Virus record (IMG/VR): IMGVR_UViG_3300045988_110945
Coordinates: 1 to 34,270 of that record
Strand: one strand, 5' to 3'
Origin: a virus
DNA: 34,270 nucleotides
Shown: piece after piece, positions 16,496-25,439 of the stretch
How the letters are laid out: every line of letters begins with the position of its first letter
Numbering within the stretch: position 1 is the first letter of the stretch
Position numbers and translations under genes: made by a program
Notes under the pieces: model-generated
What the model saw: the letters and a program-made list of their open reading frames with translations, nothing else
Told to the model about the DNA's origin: nothing
Databases searched by the model: none

Positions 16496-16644
16496 AAAAG
16501 AAGGTGAATGGGAATGCTCATATAGCACACCCTTGTCCGTATTGCTGGCTGGTACTTTATTCCAAGGGAGCTTTAACTCGTCATCTCAATGATGAGCATT
16601 GGAGAGAGCTGGAAGAAGAGAAAAAGAAGGCTGATGAACAATAA
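16492..16644 (+). CDS. Small zinc-finger protein (50 aa, MKKKVNGNAHIAHPCPYCWLVLYSKGALTRHLNDEHWRELEEEKKKADEQ).
   Basis: There are ATGA overlaps with both neighbours. The CPYC...H...H pattern is C2H2-like. Confidence 0.3.
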   Translation: MKKKVNGNAHIAHPCPYCWLVLYSKGALTRHLNDEHWRELEEEKKKADEQ

Positions 16645-18076
16645 TTTTGTACGTATTGGCGGAGGTATAGTCTTAAGAGCCTATCAGAAGGCTATATTAA
16701 AGGCGTTTGATAACGGTATCCGCTATATCGTGTTATGTTGGTCGCGTCGTGCGGGTAAATCCCTGTTTTCGTGGAACTTACTTATCCGTGAGGCGACTAC
16801 TAAGCCAGGAACATACTGGTATTGTTTTAACAACTACTCGACAGCATATAACGACATTTGGATTGCTCAGACATCAAAAGGTGTCCGCTTCCTCGATATG
16901 ATACCGAAAAATATGATAGTGCGTATGAACTCGGCTAAGCTTGAGATTGAATTGACGAATGGCTCCGTTATTAAGCTTATCGGTATCAACAACGTCGACA
17001 AGTTGGTGGGTGCTGGTCTTATGGGCGTGGTGTTCGACGAGTACGCCGTCCTTAATCCTAATTCAATCGAATTGGTTACAGCTATGCTCGCGGAAACTGG
17101 TGGTTGGCGTGTGATGATTTCAACGCCACGTGGCAAAAACCACTTTTACGAGGAGTATCAGTTTGCCTTGGCTCACCCTGAGTTCGCATTGGCGAACAAT
17201 ATGCACTGCGGTATGGAAGAGGTCGCTCAGTTTATGGCACCTGGTTTTTTGGAACAGGAGCGTCTTAAGATTATCAGCAAGTACGGCAATGACGCCTTAT
17301 ACCAACAGGAGTATATGACGAGTTGGGTTAGTCCTAACTCTGGTTCGGTGTTTGGTGCGTTGACAAAGATTATGAAGGACGAGGGGCGTGTAGCTGTCTT
17401 GCAGGGCGATAGCTCACGACAGTACTATACAGCGTGGGACTTAGGTTCTGCTGACTATACGAGTATCGTGCTTTTCCAGGTTGACGATAAAGGCTTCCCG
17501 ACTGTCCTTGACCATATCGAGAACCGTAACGAGGACGTTACTTGGTACCTCGGAGAGATTAAAGAAAGAGGTTGGCAGGTCCATACACATTTCCTTCCTC
17601 ACGACGCCGCCCACCGTCGAGGTGCTAGAAATGAGAGTTATAAACGGGCGTTGGAGCTTGAGGGGGTTACTAACACGGTGGTGCTAAGCAAGCCAAACCG
17701 AGTGGAGGATAAATTGAACTTCTTGCGTAGGGTGTTTGTCGGGTTGCAGATAGACGAGAGGCTGACGCGCGTTATTGAGTGCTTGGAGAAAATGGAATAC
17801 GAATGGAACGAAAAGCAACATGTCTGGTCATCGAAGCCTACCCACAAGGGCGGGTATAGCGACACCGTGGACAGCTTATGTTATATGGGGCAAGCAATTC
17901 AGAAATATAATATCACTGGTAAAACAGGGTTCTCTCGGGTGTCGATAAAGAACTCTGCGGCAGGGGGCGTCCAAGGACTAAGCAAGAAAGAACAGCTCGA
18001 AAAGTTCCTTGAGGCAGAACTTTCGCTTGGCGGTAAAAAGAAAAAAAGAAAAGACTTTTCACTTTTCAGACGATAG
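16634..18076 (+). CDS. Terminase large subunit (Terminase_6/PBSX type). The start is probably ATG 16634 (MNNNFVRIGG); the ORF is open from 16589.
   Basis: The ATPase motifs are CWSRRAGKS (Walker A) and VVFDEYAV (Walker B). A C-terminal nuclease region is present. The gene is about 480 aa. Confidence 0.8.
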   Translation: MNNNFVRIGGGIVLRAYQKAILKAFDNGIRYIVLCWSRRAGKSLFSWNLLIREATTKPGTYWYCFNNYSTAYNDIWIAQTSKGVRFLDMIPKNMIVRMNSAKLEIELTNGSVIKLIGINNVDKLVGAGLMGVVFDEYAVLNPNSIELVTAMLAETGGWRVMISTPRGKNHFYEEYQFALAHPEFALANNMHCGMEEVAQFMAPGFLEQERLKIISKYGNDALYQQEYMTSWVSPNSGSVFGALTKIMKDEGRVAVLQGDSSRQYYTAWDLGSADYTSIVLFQVDDKGFPTVLDHIENRNEDVTWYLGEIKERGWQVHTHFLPHDAAHRRGARNESYKRALELEGVTNTVVLSKPNRVEDKLNFLRRVFVGLQIDERLTRVIECLEKMEYEWNEKQHVWSSKPTHKGGYSDTVDSLCYMGQAIQKYNITGKTGFSRVSIKNSAAGGVQGLSKKEQLEKFLEAELSLGGKKKKRKDFSLFRR

Positions 18077-18128
18077 TGTGATACAATTTAGATAATAAAA
18101 AACACAATTCTTCAACAGGGGGAGATAG

Positions 18129-19313
18129 ATGAATGAACAAACAGAGGTCAAAGAAACTCAAGGTGGAGAACAAGGCTTCACAGAAAAACAAGACTCTATT
18201 GAAAAGCAGGCTAAGCAGCTTTACGAAGAGTTTGGGGTCAAAGCTGATGTCCCTAAGACCCGTGGTCGCCCTAAGAAGTCTGACAGCGGAGATGAAGGAA
18301 AATCTGAAGTCGACAAAAGAACTTCGAACGAAAAGCGGAAAAATGGTTCCAATCAAAGTAAACCGAAAGATGAAGCTTCTTCAGACGATAATGACGATTC
18401 AGGGAATGAGAGCCAAAAGGTCGTCAAGAAAGACGCAAAGGATAATAGCAAGGTTTCAAAGGACGCAGAAAAAACTGGTGATGGAACTGACGAAGACAAA
18501 TCCGAACAAGATGGAAGTTCTGAACGAGGAAGCTCGGGCGATAGCGAACGAGATGATGAAGGCAATGAAAGTGGAGAAGAAGTCAAAAGACCAGGCAAAT
18601 CCAGCCCAGCGGCAGAAAGGCGTATCCGCCAGCTCAACTCGGAAAAAAACGAAGCAGTAGCACGTGCTGAACAAGCTGAACGCAAATACGCACAGCTACA
18701 GCAACAGTTGGAGCAGGAACGCGTTCAGTTGGAAGACCCTGAGTATACGCTAGAAGACTTCCGTCACGTGCAAGATGAAAATGGCAATATCTTAGAATTG
18801 GACGACATTCAGCAGGAACTTGCTTATCGCCGTTGGAAGGACGGGTACAACGAAAGACAGGCAGAACGTGAAAACCAGGCTCTTCAATCCCAAATCCAGG
18901 ATTACCGGGAATATCAGCAATCTGAAGAGATTATGAGAAAGTCGGTCGAAGCATACGACTTGCTGAATAATATCTTGGAAAACACCGCAGAACTAGACGT
19001 CCGAAGTGATAAGTTTGATAAGGAGTTTTCTGACACTATTATGCCGCTTATCGAAGGTAGTCTGGAATATGCTCCAGGCACAGAGCCAGGTAACCCTTAC
19101 GGTAACAATCCTGTTATTACAGGTTTCTCACTAGACCCTAGGTTGATACTCCAGGCGGCGTCAACATTGAGGAACACAAAGAGAAATATCCCATTGAATG
19201 CTCTTGACGCTACAGTGGAGAGTGAGGACGCCGCATATTATCATTCGCCATCGTCTGACCCGTTAGAGCAAGCGGCTGATAAATTGTATAAAATGTACGG
19301 TATAAAAAAATAA
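18129..19313 (+). CDS. Acidic protein with a disordered Asp/Glu/Lys/Ser-rich N-terminal half, a coiled coil and a structured C-terminal half; scaffold-like (394 aa).
   Basis: Composition and position after the terminase support this. There is an RGRPKK AT-hook-like motif. Confidence 0.4.
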   Translation: MNEQTEVKETQGGEQGFTEKQDSIEKQAKQLYEEFGVKADVPKTRGRPKKSDSGDEGKSEVDKRTSNEKRKNGSNQSKPKDEASSDDNDDSGNESQKVVKKDAKDNSKVSKDAEKTGDGTDEDKSEQDGSSERGSSGDSERDDEGNESGEEVKRPGKSSPAAERRIRQLNSEKNEAVARAEQAERKYAQLQQQLEQERVQLEDPEYTLEDFRHVQDENGNILELDDIQQELAYRRWKDGYNERQAERENQALQSQIQDYREYQQSEEIMRKSVEAYDLLNNILENTAELDVRSDKFDKEFSDTIMPLIEGSLEYAPGTEPGNPYGNNPVITGFSLDPRLILQAASTLRNTKRNIPLNALDATVESEDAAYYHSPSSDPLEQAADKLYKMYGIKK

Positions 19314-19337
19314 ATATAAAAGGTAGAGGAGAAAGAA

Positions 19338-19661
19338 ATGCCAAAAGTAGAAGAAACACCAAAAGTAGAAACTAAGGTAGAGGAGAAAGAAATGCCAGCA
19401 CCAGCACCAGCACCAGCAACACCAGCAACAGGCGAAGCGTCTGAATTAGCCAGTGTTTTACGTGAAGCTATCTCTGGCTCGAAAAACTTCCAGATTGCTG
19501 TTGATGAGAACGTAAAATCTCGTTTTTCTCTGGTCAAAGACAATGAAACGGGCGAGATTATGTTGCGAGATAACGATGAAGGAACTTTATCTGAAATCCA
19601 GATGAAGAGCCTGGAAGAGAAAAAAGCTGACCTTCTTGCTCGCGAATACGAAGAATTGTAG
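19338..19661 (+). CDS. Small acidic Pro/Ala-rich head-module protein (107 aa).
   Basis: The gene lies between the scaffold-like and capsid genes. A 24-bp direct repeat containing SD+ATG gives two in-frame starts (19338 and 19392). Confidence 0.4.
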   Translation: MPKVEETPKVETKVEEKEMPAPAPAPATPATGEASELASVLREAISGSKNFQIAVDENVKSRFSLVKDNETGEIMLRDNDEGTLSEIQMKSLEEKKADLLAREYEEL

Positions 19662-19709
19662 TATAATTAAAGGGAAGTGTACTCACTTCTAGAACTTCCA
19701 ATCTTTTCG

Positions 19710-19738
19710 AAAAACCGTCCAGCCATGAGGCGGTTTTT
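19710..19738 (+). terminator. Rho-independent terminator.
   Basis: AAAAACCGTC-loop-GGCGGTTTTT. Confidence 0.5.
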
Positions 19739-19743
19739 CATTG

Positions 19744-19770
19744 TTGACAAATATGTATTTATGATATAAT
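19744..19770 (+). promoter_or_regulatory. Strong promoter for the capsid gene: TTGACA, about 15 nt, TGaTATAAT (extended -10). It gives a 5' UTR of about 145 nt.
   Basis: Consensus hexamers. It sits immediately after a terminator and precedes the most abundant structural gene. Confidence 0.5.
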
Positions 19771-19919
19771 GAAAGTAAGCTACAAGCTTGTGTTTTACAC
19801 AAAAGTATGATTTGGGTATTCATCTCCCCTGTAAAATATGAAGCAAAAGCACTTGATGCAAAAGGTGTCTCATCAAACACAAACAATAATAAAACACAAT
19901 CCAAAAAGGAGAAGATAAA

Positions 19920-20753
19920 ATGGCAATTACACCAACAGAAATCTATAGCAATCTTATCGACCAACCTTTCGATGATGAGAGCTACACAAAAGAACTTGAA
20001 GGAAACAACAAAGAAATCGAGTTCAAAAAAGGTTCAAAAGTAGTCAAGGTTCGTACAGTAACCACAACTGGTGCGGTTACAGACCACAATGCGACTCAGA
20101 CTATTTCTCAGCAAATGGCGGGTATCACAAACGTAGACAGTACTATCGCTACTTATACGCTTGACCAGCAAAAAGATATCAAGAAGTTCTTGGACAAGAC
20201 CATCGCCGTAACGAACAACTCTATTGTTGAAGGTGGTAAGATTTTGCACGCTATCGTAGCAGAACAGCTTGTTCCAATGATTGACGCTTACCGATTGGGT
20301 GTCTTGGCGGGTGTCGCTACAACGACTACTCAGAAAGTTACTGCCACTGCGAACGGTGTTGCAGACTTCTTGAAGGCTCGTGCCTACCTGGTTAACGCTC
20401 GTCTTTTCCGTAACAACTGTGTTGCGTATGTTAATACTACGACTGCGGATAACATTCGCTCAGCTAATATCATGTCGCCATTTACTGGTGGTCTTGAGAA
20501 GAGCATGCGAACTGGTGATATCGGTATGTTCTACGGTGCTAAGGTTAAGGAAGTCCCAGCTGACTTGATGCCAACTAAGGTCGGACTTATCCTTGTCAAC
20601 CCAGATGTCGTATCCGCTCCACGTTTCTTGGACGACTCAAAGGTTAGCGAAAGCAACGTAGCCTTTGGTACTTTGGTGCTTGGTTTGTATATGTACACTT
20701 GTGTAGTGTCAACTCCAAAAAACAAGGGTGTCGCTATCGTCGCTACAGCTTAG
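19920..20753 (+). CDS. Putative major capsid protein (277 aa).
   Basis: It has its own strong promoter and SD. Its size, position and composition fit a small HK97-fold coat protein. No motif-level proof is available. Confidence 0.45.
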   Translation: MAITPTEIYSNLIDQPFDDESYTKELEGNNKEIEFKKGSKVVKVRTVTTTGAVTDHNATQTISQQMAGITNVDSTIATYTLDQQKDIKKFLDKTIAVTNNSIVEGGKILHAIVAEQLVPMIDAYRLGVLAGVATTTTQKVTATANGVADFLKARAYLVNARLFRNNCVAYVNTTTADNIRSANIMSPFTGGLEKSMRTGDIGMFYGAKVKEVPADLMPTKVGLILVNPDVVSAPRFLDDSKVSESNVAFGTLVLGLYMYTCVVSTPKNKGVAIVATA

Positions 20754-20774
20754 TACCATCCATACCCCAATTGA

Positions 20775-20798
20775 CCCTGTATTTATACAGGGTTTTTT
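20775..20798 (+). terminator. Rho-independent terminator after the capsid gene (CCCTGTA-TTTA-TACAGGG-TTTTTT).
   Basis: A perfect 7-bp stem followed by a T6 run. Confidence 0.55.
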
Positions 20799-20840
20799 GG
20801 TATTATAGAGTTATAAATTAAAACAAAAGGAAAAATAAAA

Positions 20841-23800
20841 ATGGCAACATATAATTGGTATGACGATGACGAAGAAAGAAAAAAGAAGGAAGACGAGCTT
20901 AATTCGTCTATCCATTCTGTTCAAGACGGCTGGAACTCGGCGAATAAGGGCTGGCAACCTGCACAGAACGACGCGGCTGGTACAGGGCGTAGTCTAGGTA
21001 TTTTCGCTGGCGACGCAGGACAGCAAGGGCAAGACGGCAATTACTTGATGTCTGACGAGAAAGCTCAAGCAGACGAGAATAAGCGTAGGCAAGACGAGGC
21101 AGAAGCGGCGGCACGAGCTCAGGCTGCAGCAGCAGCGGCGGCAGCGGCACAGGCTCAAGCAGCTGCGGCTGCTCAGGCAGCTCAGGCTCAGGCGGCTCAA
21201 TCACAGCCTCAACTTTCAGACTTTGACAAGGCTCAAATGCAGGCGGCGGCTCAAGCTCAAGCGTCCGCTTCACAATTGAAGCAACGCAAGTACGCCGCCC
21301 CACAGAAAGATGAAGGACTTTTGGGCTTTATAAAAATGCTGGGGGCTGGTTTCCAACAAAGTGTTGGTAGTGTGGCAGACGCCGCGGTTCAAGGTGGACA
21401 CGTCCTTAATTACTTGAGAGACCGTGCAATGGGTGTCGACGAGAATACGGCGGCTAAAAACTTGTGGCAGAGTGGTGAGAGTATGCGAAAGAAAATCCAC
21501 GACACCAAAGATATCGCTGGTAATAATTTGGTCGGTGTTTCAGGTGCTGATGAGGCGGCGGGTCGTATTGCGGCAGGTCAAGGAACGGTTCGTGATTTCT
21601 CTACGGTTGGTGGTCAAGGTTTGCAAGTCGGTTTGGACGCTACTCAGTTTATCAACCCAGCTGGGAATATAGCTAAAGGAGCTTCTGTAGTAAAAAACGC
21701 TGGTAGGTTCGCAGAGCTTCGACCTGTCTTAATCCAGGCAGGGAAAGAAGCAGGTATGAACGGTGTGTTGACTGGCGTAGCTACTACTGGTCGTACTTAC
21801 GGAAATACTGGCGACCTTGGAACAGCTATTCAATCTGGCGTAGGGGACGCTACATTAGCTGGTACATCTCAGTTTGGTCTGGGGCTCGGTTCTAACCTCG
21901 TGGGTCGGGGCGTATCTCGCGTCAGGAACGGGTTCACTAAAGAATTGGCGGACGATATCTCAGCAGGTGCGAAATCTGAACTCCCTGGTTCACTTGCGAA
22001 AAAGGCGGACGATATATCGACAAGGGTTGATAGCGACCCTAACGTCAGTTCGTTTGATAAAATCTTGAAAGAAAAAACAGAGGGGCTACCAACTAACTCA
22101 GTTGAAGGTAAGGTGGACGTTGAGGGACGTATCTCAGAGCGTGTTCCAGAGCGTATTTCAGAGCCACAGACACAACAGATACCCTCTGTACAGGACCGAG
22201 GCTCTAATACACCTCAGGGCTTGCGAGAAGACCTTCCACAGCTAACCTCGGCAGAGAGGGTTAATTTGCCTGACAATTCTCAGGTTGGTTCCGTAAAAGC
22301 TAAAGAGGACTTGGATAAACTTTTGGAAGGTACTCCAAGTTTGAAAGAAGAGAGACCACTGCAGATTCCAGGACAAAATGAAAGTCCTGTTAAGTTACAA
22401 ATCCCAGGGCAGAATGAGAGTCCAATCAAACTGCAGATTCCAGGGCAGAATAAAGAGGTGATTAAGGACATATTAGGTAAAGACCTTAAGCCTCTAACAT
22501 CTATTCAAAAGCGTGCTCTTAGGGAGGCAAAAGCGGGCTCAACTCAAGCCGAAGAAGCATTGATAAATGCTAAATTAAATCAGGCTGAAAAAGCAGTCCC
22601 TACAAAATCTCTTCCAGACGGAATGGTTCCTGAGCAGAGTAGTGGTAGCGGTATCGGTATGAAAGAGCTTGCAAAACGTGCCGTAACTGGTTCGGCGGCT
22701 CCAACGGACTTTAAGAAGGCACTAGCTCAAGCGTCAGGCTTATCACGCGACGCTGAGTTGCCAATCGGGGACATCTTAGGAGAAGCTAAATTAAGCGACA
22801 AGATGAAAAAGCGGTACTCGGAAAAGTATGCTGAAATGGAGAAAATCATCGACCGCCAAAACCAAATCCAAAAGGAACACCGAAAACTGGTTAGGAACGA
22901 CAATTTGACAGACGCGTCAGGGCTAACCAAGGAATGGTCATCGCTTGAGCGTCAGAAGGGGGCGATAGCTACAGAGTTAAACGCAATGAATCGTTTGGCT
23001 GACAGTCGTCAATCGCTTGGTCATAAAGCCGCATATGTTACAGAGAACTTAGTTAGTATGAAGAACGCTAACCAGCTTGTAAGTGCTCCAGGCATAGAAC
23101 GTAACTTGCTCCAAGACATTATGGGTACTGCGGAAACATTCGCTAAGAACCCTATCCGCTCAGCTCGAGCTTTGAAGAATGGTGGTAATGTCTATGGGTC
23201 GGCATTGCACTCAGCGTTTGACAACTGGAAGAACTTCAGACCTGTATCTGTAACTGACGGTGCTAAAAGGTTCGTAGGCAACACGCTTGAAACGGCTATG
23301 GTGCCAGTTACTGGTACTTCTAATCTGGGTAAAGCTCCAATACGTGAGGCGTTGGCAGAAGCGTCCCTGAAAATGGCAGGCAAAAATCCTACTCGTCAAG
23401 AAATCGTGAACTTCTCTCGAATGATGGACGCAGACACTGAGGCATTAGTCAATGTCTTAAACGGTGTTCATAACGCTATGACTAACCGCCGTCAAGCAGA
23501 CAAGGCTATCCGAGCCTGGCACGAATTGATGGCGACAGGTAGCGACGCCGCACGTAACAGGTTGCACGCACTGGCTGAGCGTCAGCAAACGTTGGCTCAG
23601 AAGTTGGTTCAAGGCTTTGAGGCTGGTGGTACTCCTAAGCAACGTATTGCCGCAGCTTTGACTGAGGCGGCTCTGCCGTACGCTCGAGTGGCGACTAACA
23701 CTGCTATAAACGCCGCATACAGGTTGGTTCCAAATAGAACTATTATTGATGAGGTGTTATCTGTTACTAGGACGCGACCTCAGAACCTTGCCGCATTGAT

Positions 23801-25403
23801 TAAAAACACTGCAGTCGACTATGGGGTTGTGGGTGTGGTTGCTGGATTGGTCGGCTCAGGAAATATTATATACAACAATGGCGACAAGACGAATCAGCCT
23901 CGCGGTATCTTAATCCGTGTTGGCAAAGATGAGTATGTCCCAATTCGTGCAACTAATATTGAATCAGAAATCGCAGGTGCATATACAGCGGTAAAGATTG
24001 CTCAGGGCAAAATGACAGCTAAAGAGGCTATGGCGGCTATCTCAGATAGCTTGCCTTACGTAAGTAGCACTGACAACCTCGTAACTGCAGGAAAGTCATG
24101 GTTAAATGGCGAAGGCGAAGAGGGCGACAATATGTACCAAGCGAAGAATTACGCCGTCAGCAACATAAAATCTCTCGTTCCGTTTAGTAACAACGGTATA
24201 CAGCCGTGGCTTGCGGGGAAGAAAGGTATCTTGGAAGGTAACATCTTGAAGGGCGATAGTTTGAACGCCAAGTCGTCTTATGATAAAGACTTTGGTAAGT
24301 GGGTAACGAACAGCATTCGTCAGGCTTACGACCCTTGGTTCAGAGAAACGTTGCCAGACAGCCGAGATGCCGCAGGTCGTGTACGTACAGTGGATAACCA
24401 AGGGGCAATTATCCATAAACAGATAAATGACCCTGCCAGTGCCGAGTTTAATTCGAGAATTGACGACTTAGTTAAGTACGGTAAGGAAAACGGTCTTGGC
24501 AAAGACGTCCGTGAAATGTTTGGTACATACAATACAGGCAAGGATAATAACTTCAGGTCTGTACATAATGCCATTACGTTCTTGGACGCAGACAACGGCA
24601 AACCTGATAACGCTAAGAAATTAGAGAAGAATGGTAAACTGGCTGATTTATCTCGCCAAATTAAGGACGGGTTCTTCGGTGATAGCGGCTCAGAACTGTT
24701 GAAACTAGATGGTAAGGAATTAAGGTCTGACGCGTCCATTCCGAATAAGTCAGGAAGTAAGAATACACAACTACCTATCTCAATGCAATCAGTCCGAAAT
24801 GCTATTGCTCAGACTGATTTACCAGCTGACCAGAGGGGGATTTTATATGACATCTCTACGCATAAGAATAACTTGTACGGTATGCTTAAATCTAAGCAGA
24901 TTAGTTACGAGGAGTACAACACAGCTAAGACTAACTTGACAACAGAAGAGAACAACATCCTAACACAGTCCCCTAGTTACCAGAAGTTGAACAACTTTAT
25001 GCACACCTTGAATAACAGCGGTTTCTTCGATGAAGGTGGGCTTGGCTCTACTAAATCTGGTCAGACACACCTGTGGAATGCCTTGAACGCTATGCTGGGA
25101 AGTAAAGGAACCACACCAGCGGCTGAGTACAAGGACGAGAATGGTATCAACGGCAAGGGATACTTTATGCCATACGGACGACGCGGGTTCTTCGGATTTG
25201 GCGGTGGCAGACGAGGAAATGGCTTTGGTGCTTCGGACAAAACAGGCAATCGTGGCGACGCAGGTCTTCAATGGGGTTCAGTAAAGGGTCGCTCGATGGA
25301 GAATGTCGGTATGGGCAAATATACACCAGTATCAATCAAGACCACTATTAACGGAAGAATTAAACGTAATAAAACTCAGAATTACGATGGCGGGAGTATA
25401 TAA
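20841..25403 (+). CDS. Giant virion protein (1520 aa) with low-complexity regions; an internal ejection, tape-measure-like or tail protein.
   Basis: Features include an N-terminal Ala/Gln-rich tract (21100-21290), three 36-bp tandem repeats encoding LQIPGQNESPVK (22359-22466), and a Gly/Arg-rich C-terminus (RRGFFGFGGGRRGNGFG). Confidence 0.6.
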   Translation: MATYNWYDDDEERKKKEDELNSSIHSVQDGWNSANKGWQPAQNDAAGTGRSLGIFAGDAGQQGQDGNYLMSDEKAQADENKRRQDEAEAAARAQAAAAAAAAAQAQAAAAAQAAQAQAAQSQPQLSDFDKAQMQAAAQAQASASQLKQRKYAAPQKDEGLLGFIKMLGAGFQQSVGSVADAAVQGGHVLNYLRDRAMGVDENTAAKNLWQSGESMRKKIHDTKDIAGNNLVGVSGADEAAGRIAAGQGTVRDFSTVGGQGLQVGLDATQFINPAGNIAKGASVVKNAGRFAELRPVLIQAGKEAGMNGVLTGVATTGRTYGNTGDLGTAIQSGVGDATLAGTSQFGLGLGSNLVGRGVSRVRNGFTKELADDISAGAKSELPGSLAKKADDISTRVDSDPNVSSFDKILKEKTEGLPTNSVEGKVDVEGRISERVPERISEPQTQQIPSVQDRGSNTPQGLREDLPQLTSAERVNLPDNSQVGSVKAKEDLDKLLEGTPSLKEERPLQIPGQNESPVKLQIPGQNESPIKLQIPGQNKEVIKDILGKDLKPLTSIQKRALREAKAGSTQAEEALINAKLNQAEKAVPTKSLPDGMVPEQSSGSGIGMKELAKRAVTGSAAPTDFKKALAQASGLSRDAELPIGDILGEAKLSDKMKKRYSEKYAEMEKIIDRQNQIQKEHRKLVRNDNLTDASGLTKEWSSLERQKGAIATELNAMNRLADSRQSLGHKAAYVTENLVSMKNANQLVSAPGIERNLLQDIMGTAETFAKNPIRSARALKNGGNVYGSALHSAFDNWKNFRPVSVTDGAKRFVGNTLETAMVPVTGTSNLGKAPIREALAEASLKMAGKNPTRQEIVNFSRMMDADTEALVNVLNGVHNAMTNRRQADKAIRAWHELMATGSDAARNRLHALAERQQTLAQKLVQGFEAGGTPKQRIAAALTEAALPYARVATNTAINAAYRLVPNRTIIDEVLSVTRTRPQNLAALIKNTAVDYGVVGVVAGLVGSGNIIYNNGDKTNQPRGILIRVGKDEYVPIRATNIESEIAGAYTAVKIAQGKMTAKEAMAAISDSLPYVSSTDNLVTAGKSWLNGEGEEGDNMYQAKNYAVSNIKSLVPFSNNGIQPWLAGKKGILEGNILKGDSLNAKSSYDKDFGKWVTNSIRQAYDPWFRETLPDSRDAAGRVRTVDNQGAIIHKQINDPASAEFNSRIDDLVKYGKENGLGKDVREMFGTYNTGKDNNFRSVHNAITFLDADNGKPDNAKKLEKNGKLADLSRQIKDGFFGDSGSELLKLDGKELRSDASIPNKSGSKNTQLPISMQSVRNAIAQTDLPADQRGILYDISTHKNNLYGMLKSKQISYEEYNTAKTNLTTEENNILTQSPSYQKLNNFMHTLNNSGFFDEGGLGSTKSGQTHLWNALNAMLGSKGTTPAAEYKDENGINGKGYFMPYGRRGFFGFGGGRRGNGFGASDKTGNRGDAGLQWGSVKGRSMENVGMGKYTPVSIKTTINGRIKRNKTQNYDGGSI
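22359..22466 (+). repeat. Three tandem 36-bp (12-aa) repeats encoding LQIPGQNESP(V/I)K.
   Basis: Read from the sequence. The DNA copies are diverged, so the repeats are old. Confidence 0.6.
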
Positions 25404-25439
25404 TCTTGTGTTACAATAAAGACTAAGAGGAATAAAAAA

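Noticed and set aside
18133-18660. 175-aa Lys-rich ORF in the +1 frame inside the acidic scaffold-like gene.
   Set aside because: It is a by-product of GAA/AAG-rich low-complexity sequence, which reads as Lys in one frame and Glu in the other. The acidic frame is longer, has an SD, and continues into a structured C-terminal domain.
20908-21303. Antisense ORFs of 131 and 68 aa opposite the Ala/Gln-rich tract of the 1520-aa gene.
   Set aside because: Open frames are expected on the antisense strand of GC-rich codon repeats. They have no SD and are embedded in a long, clearly coding gene.
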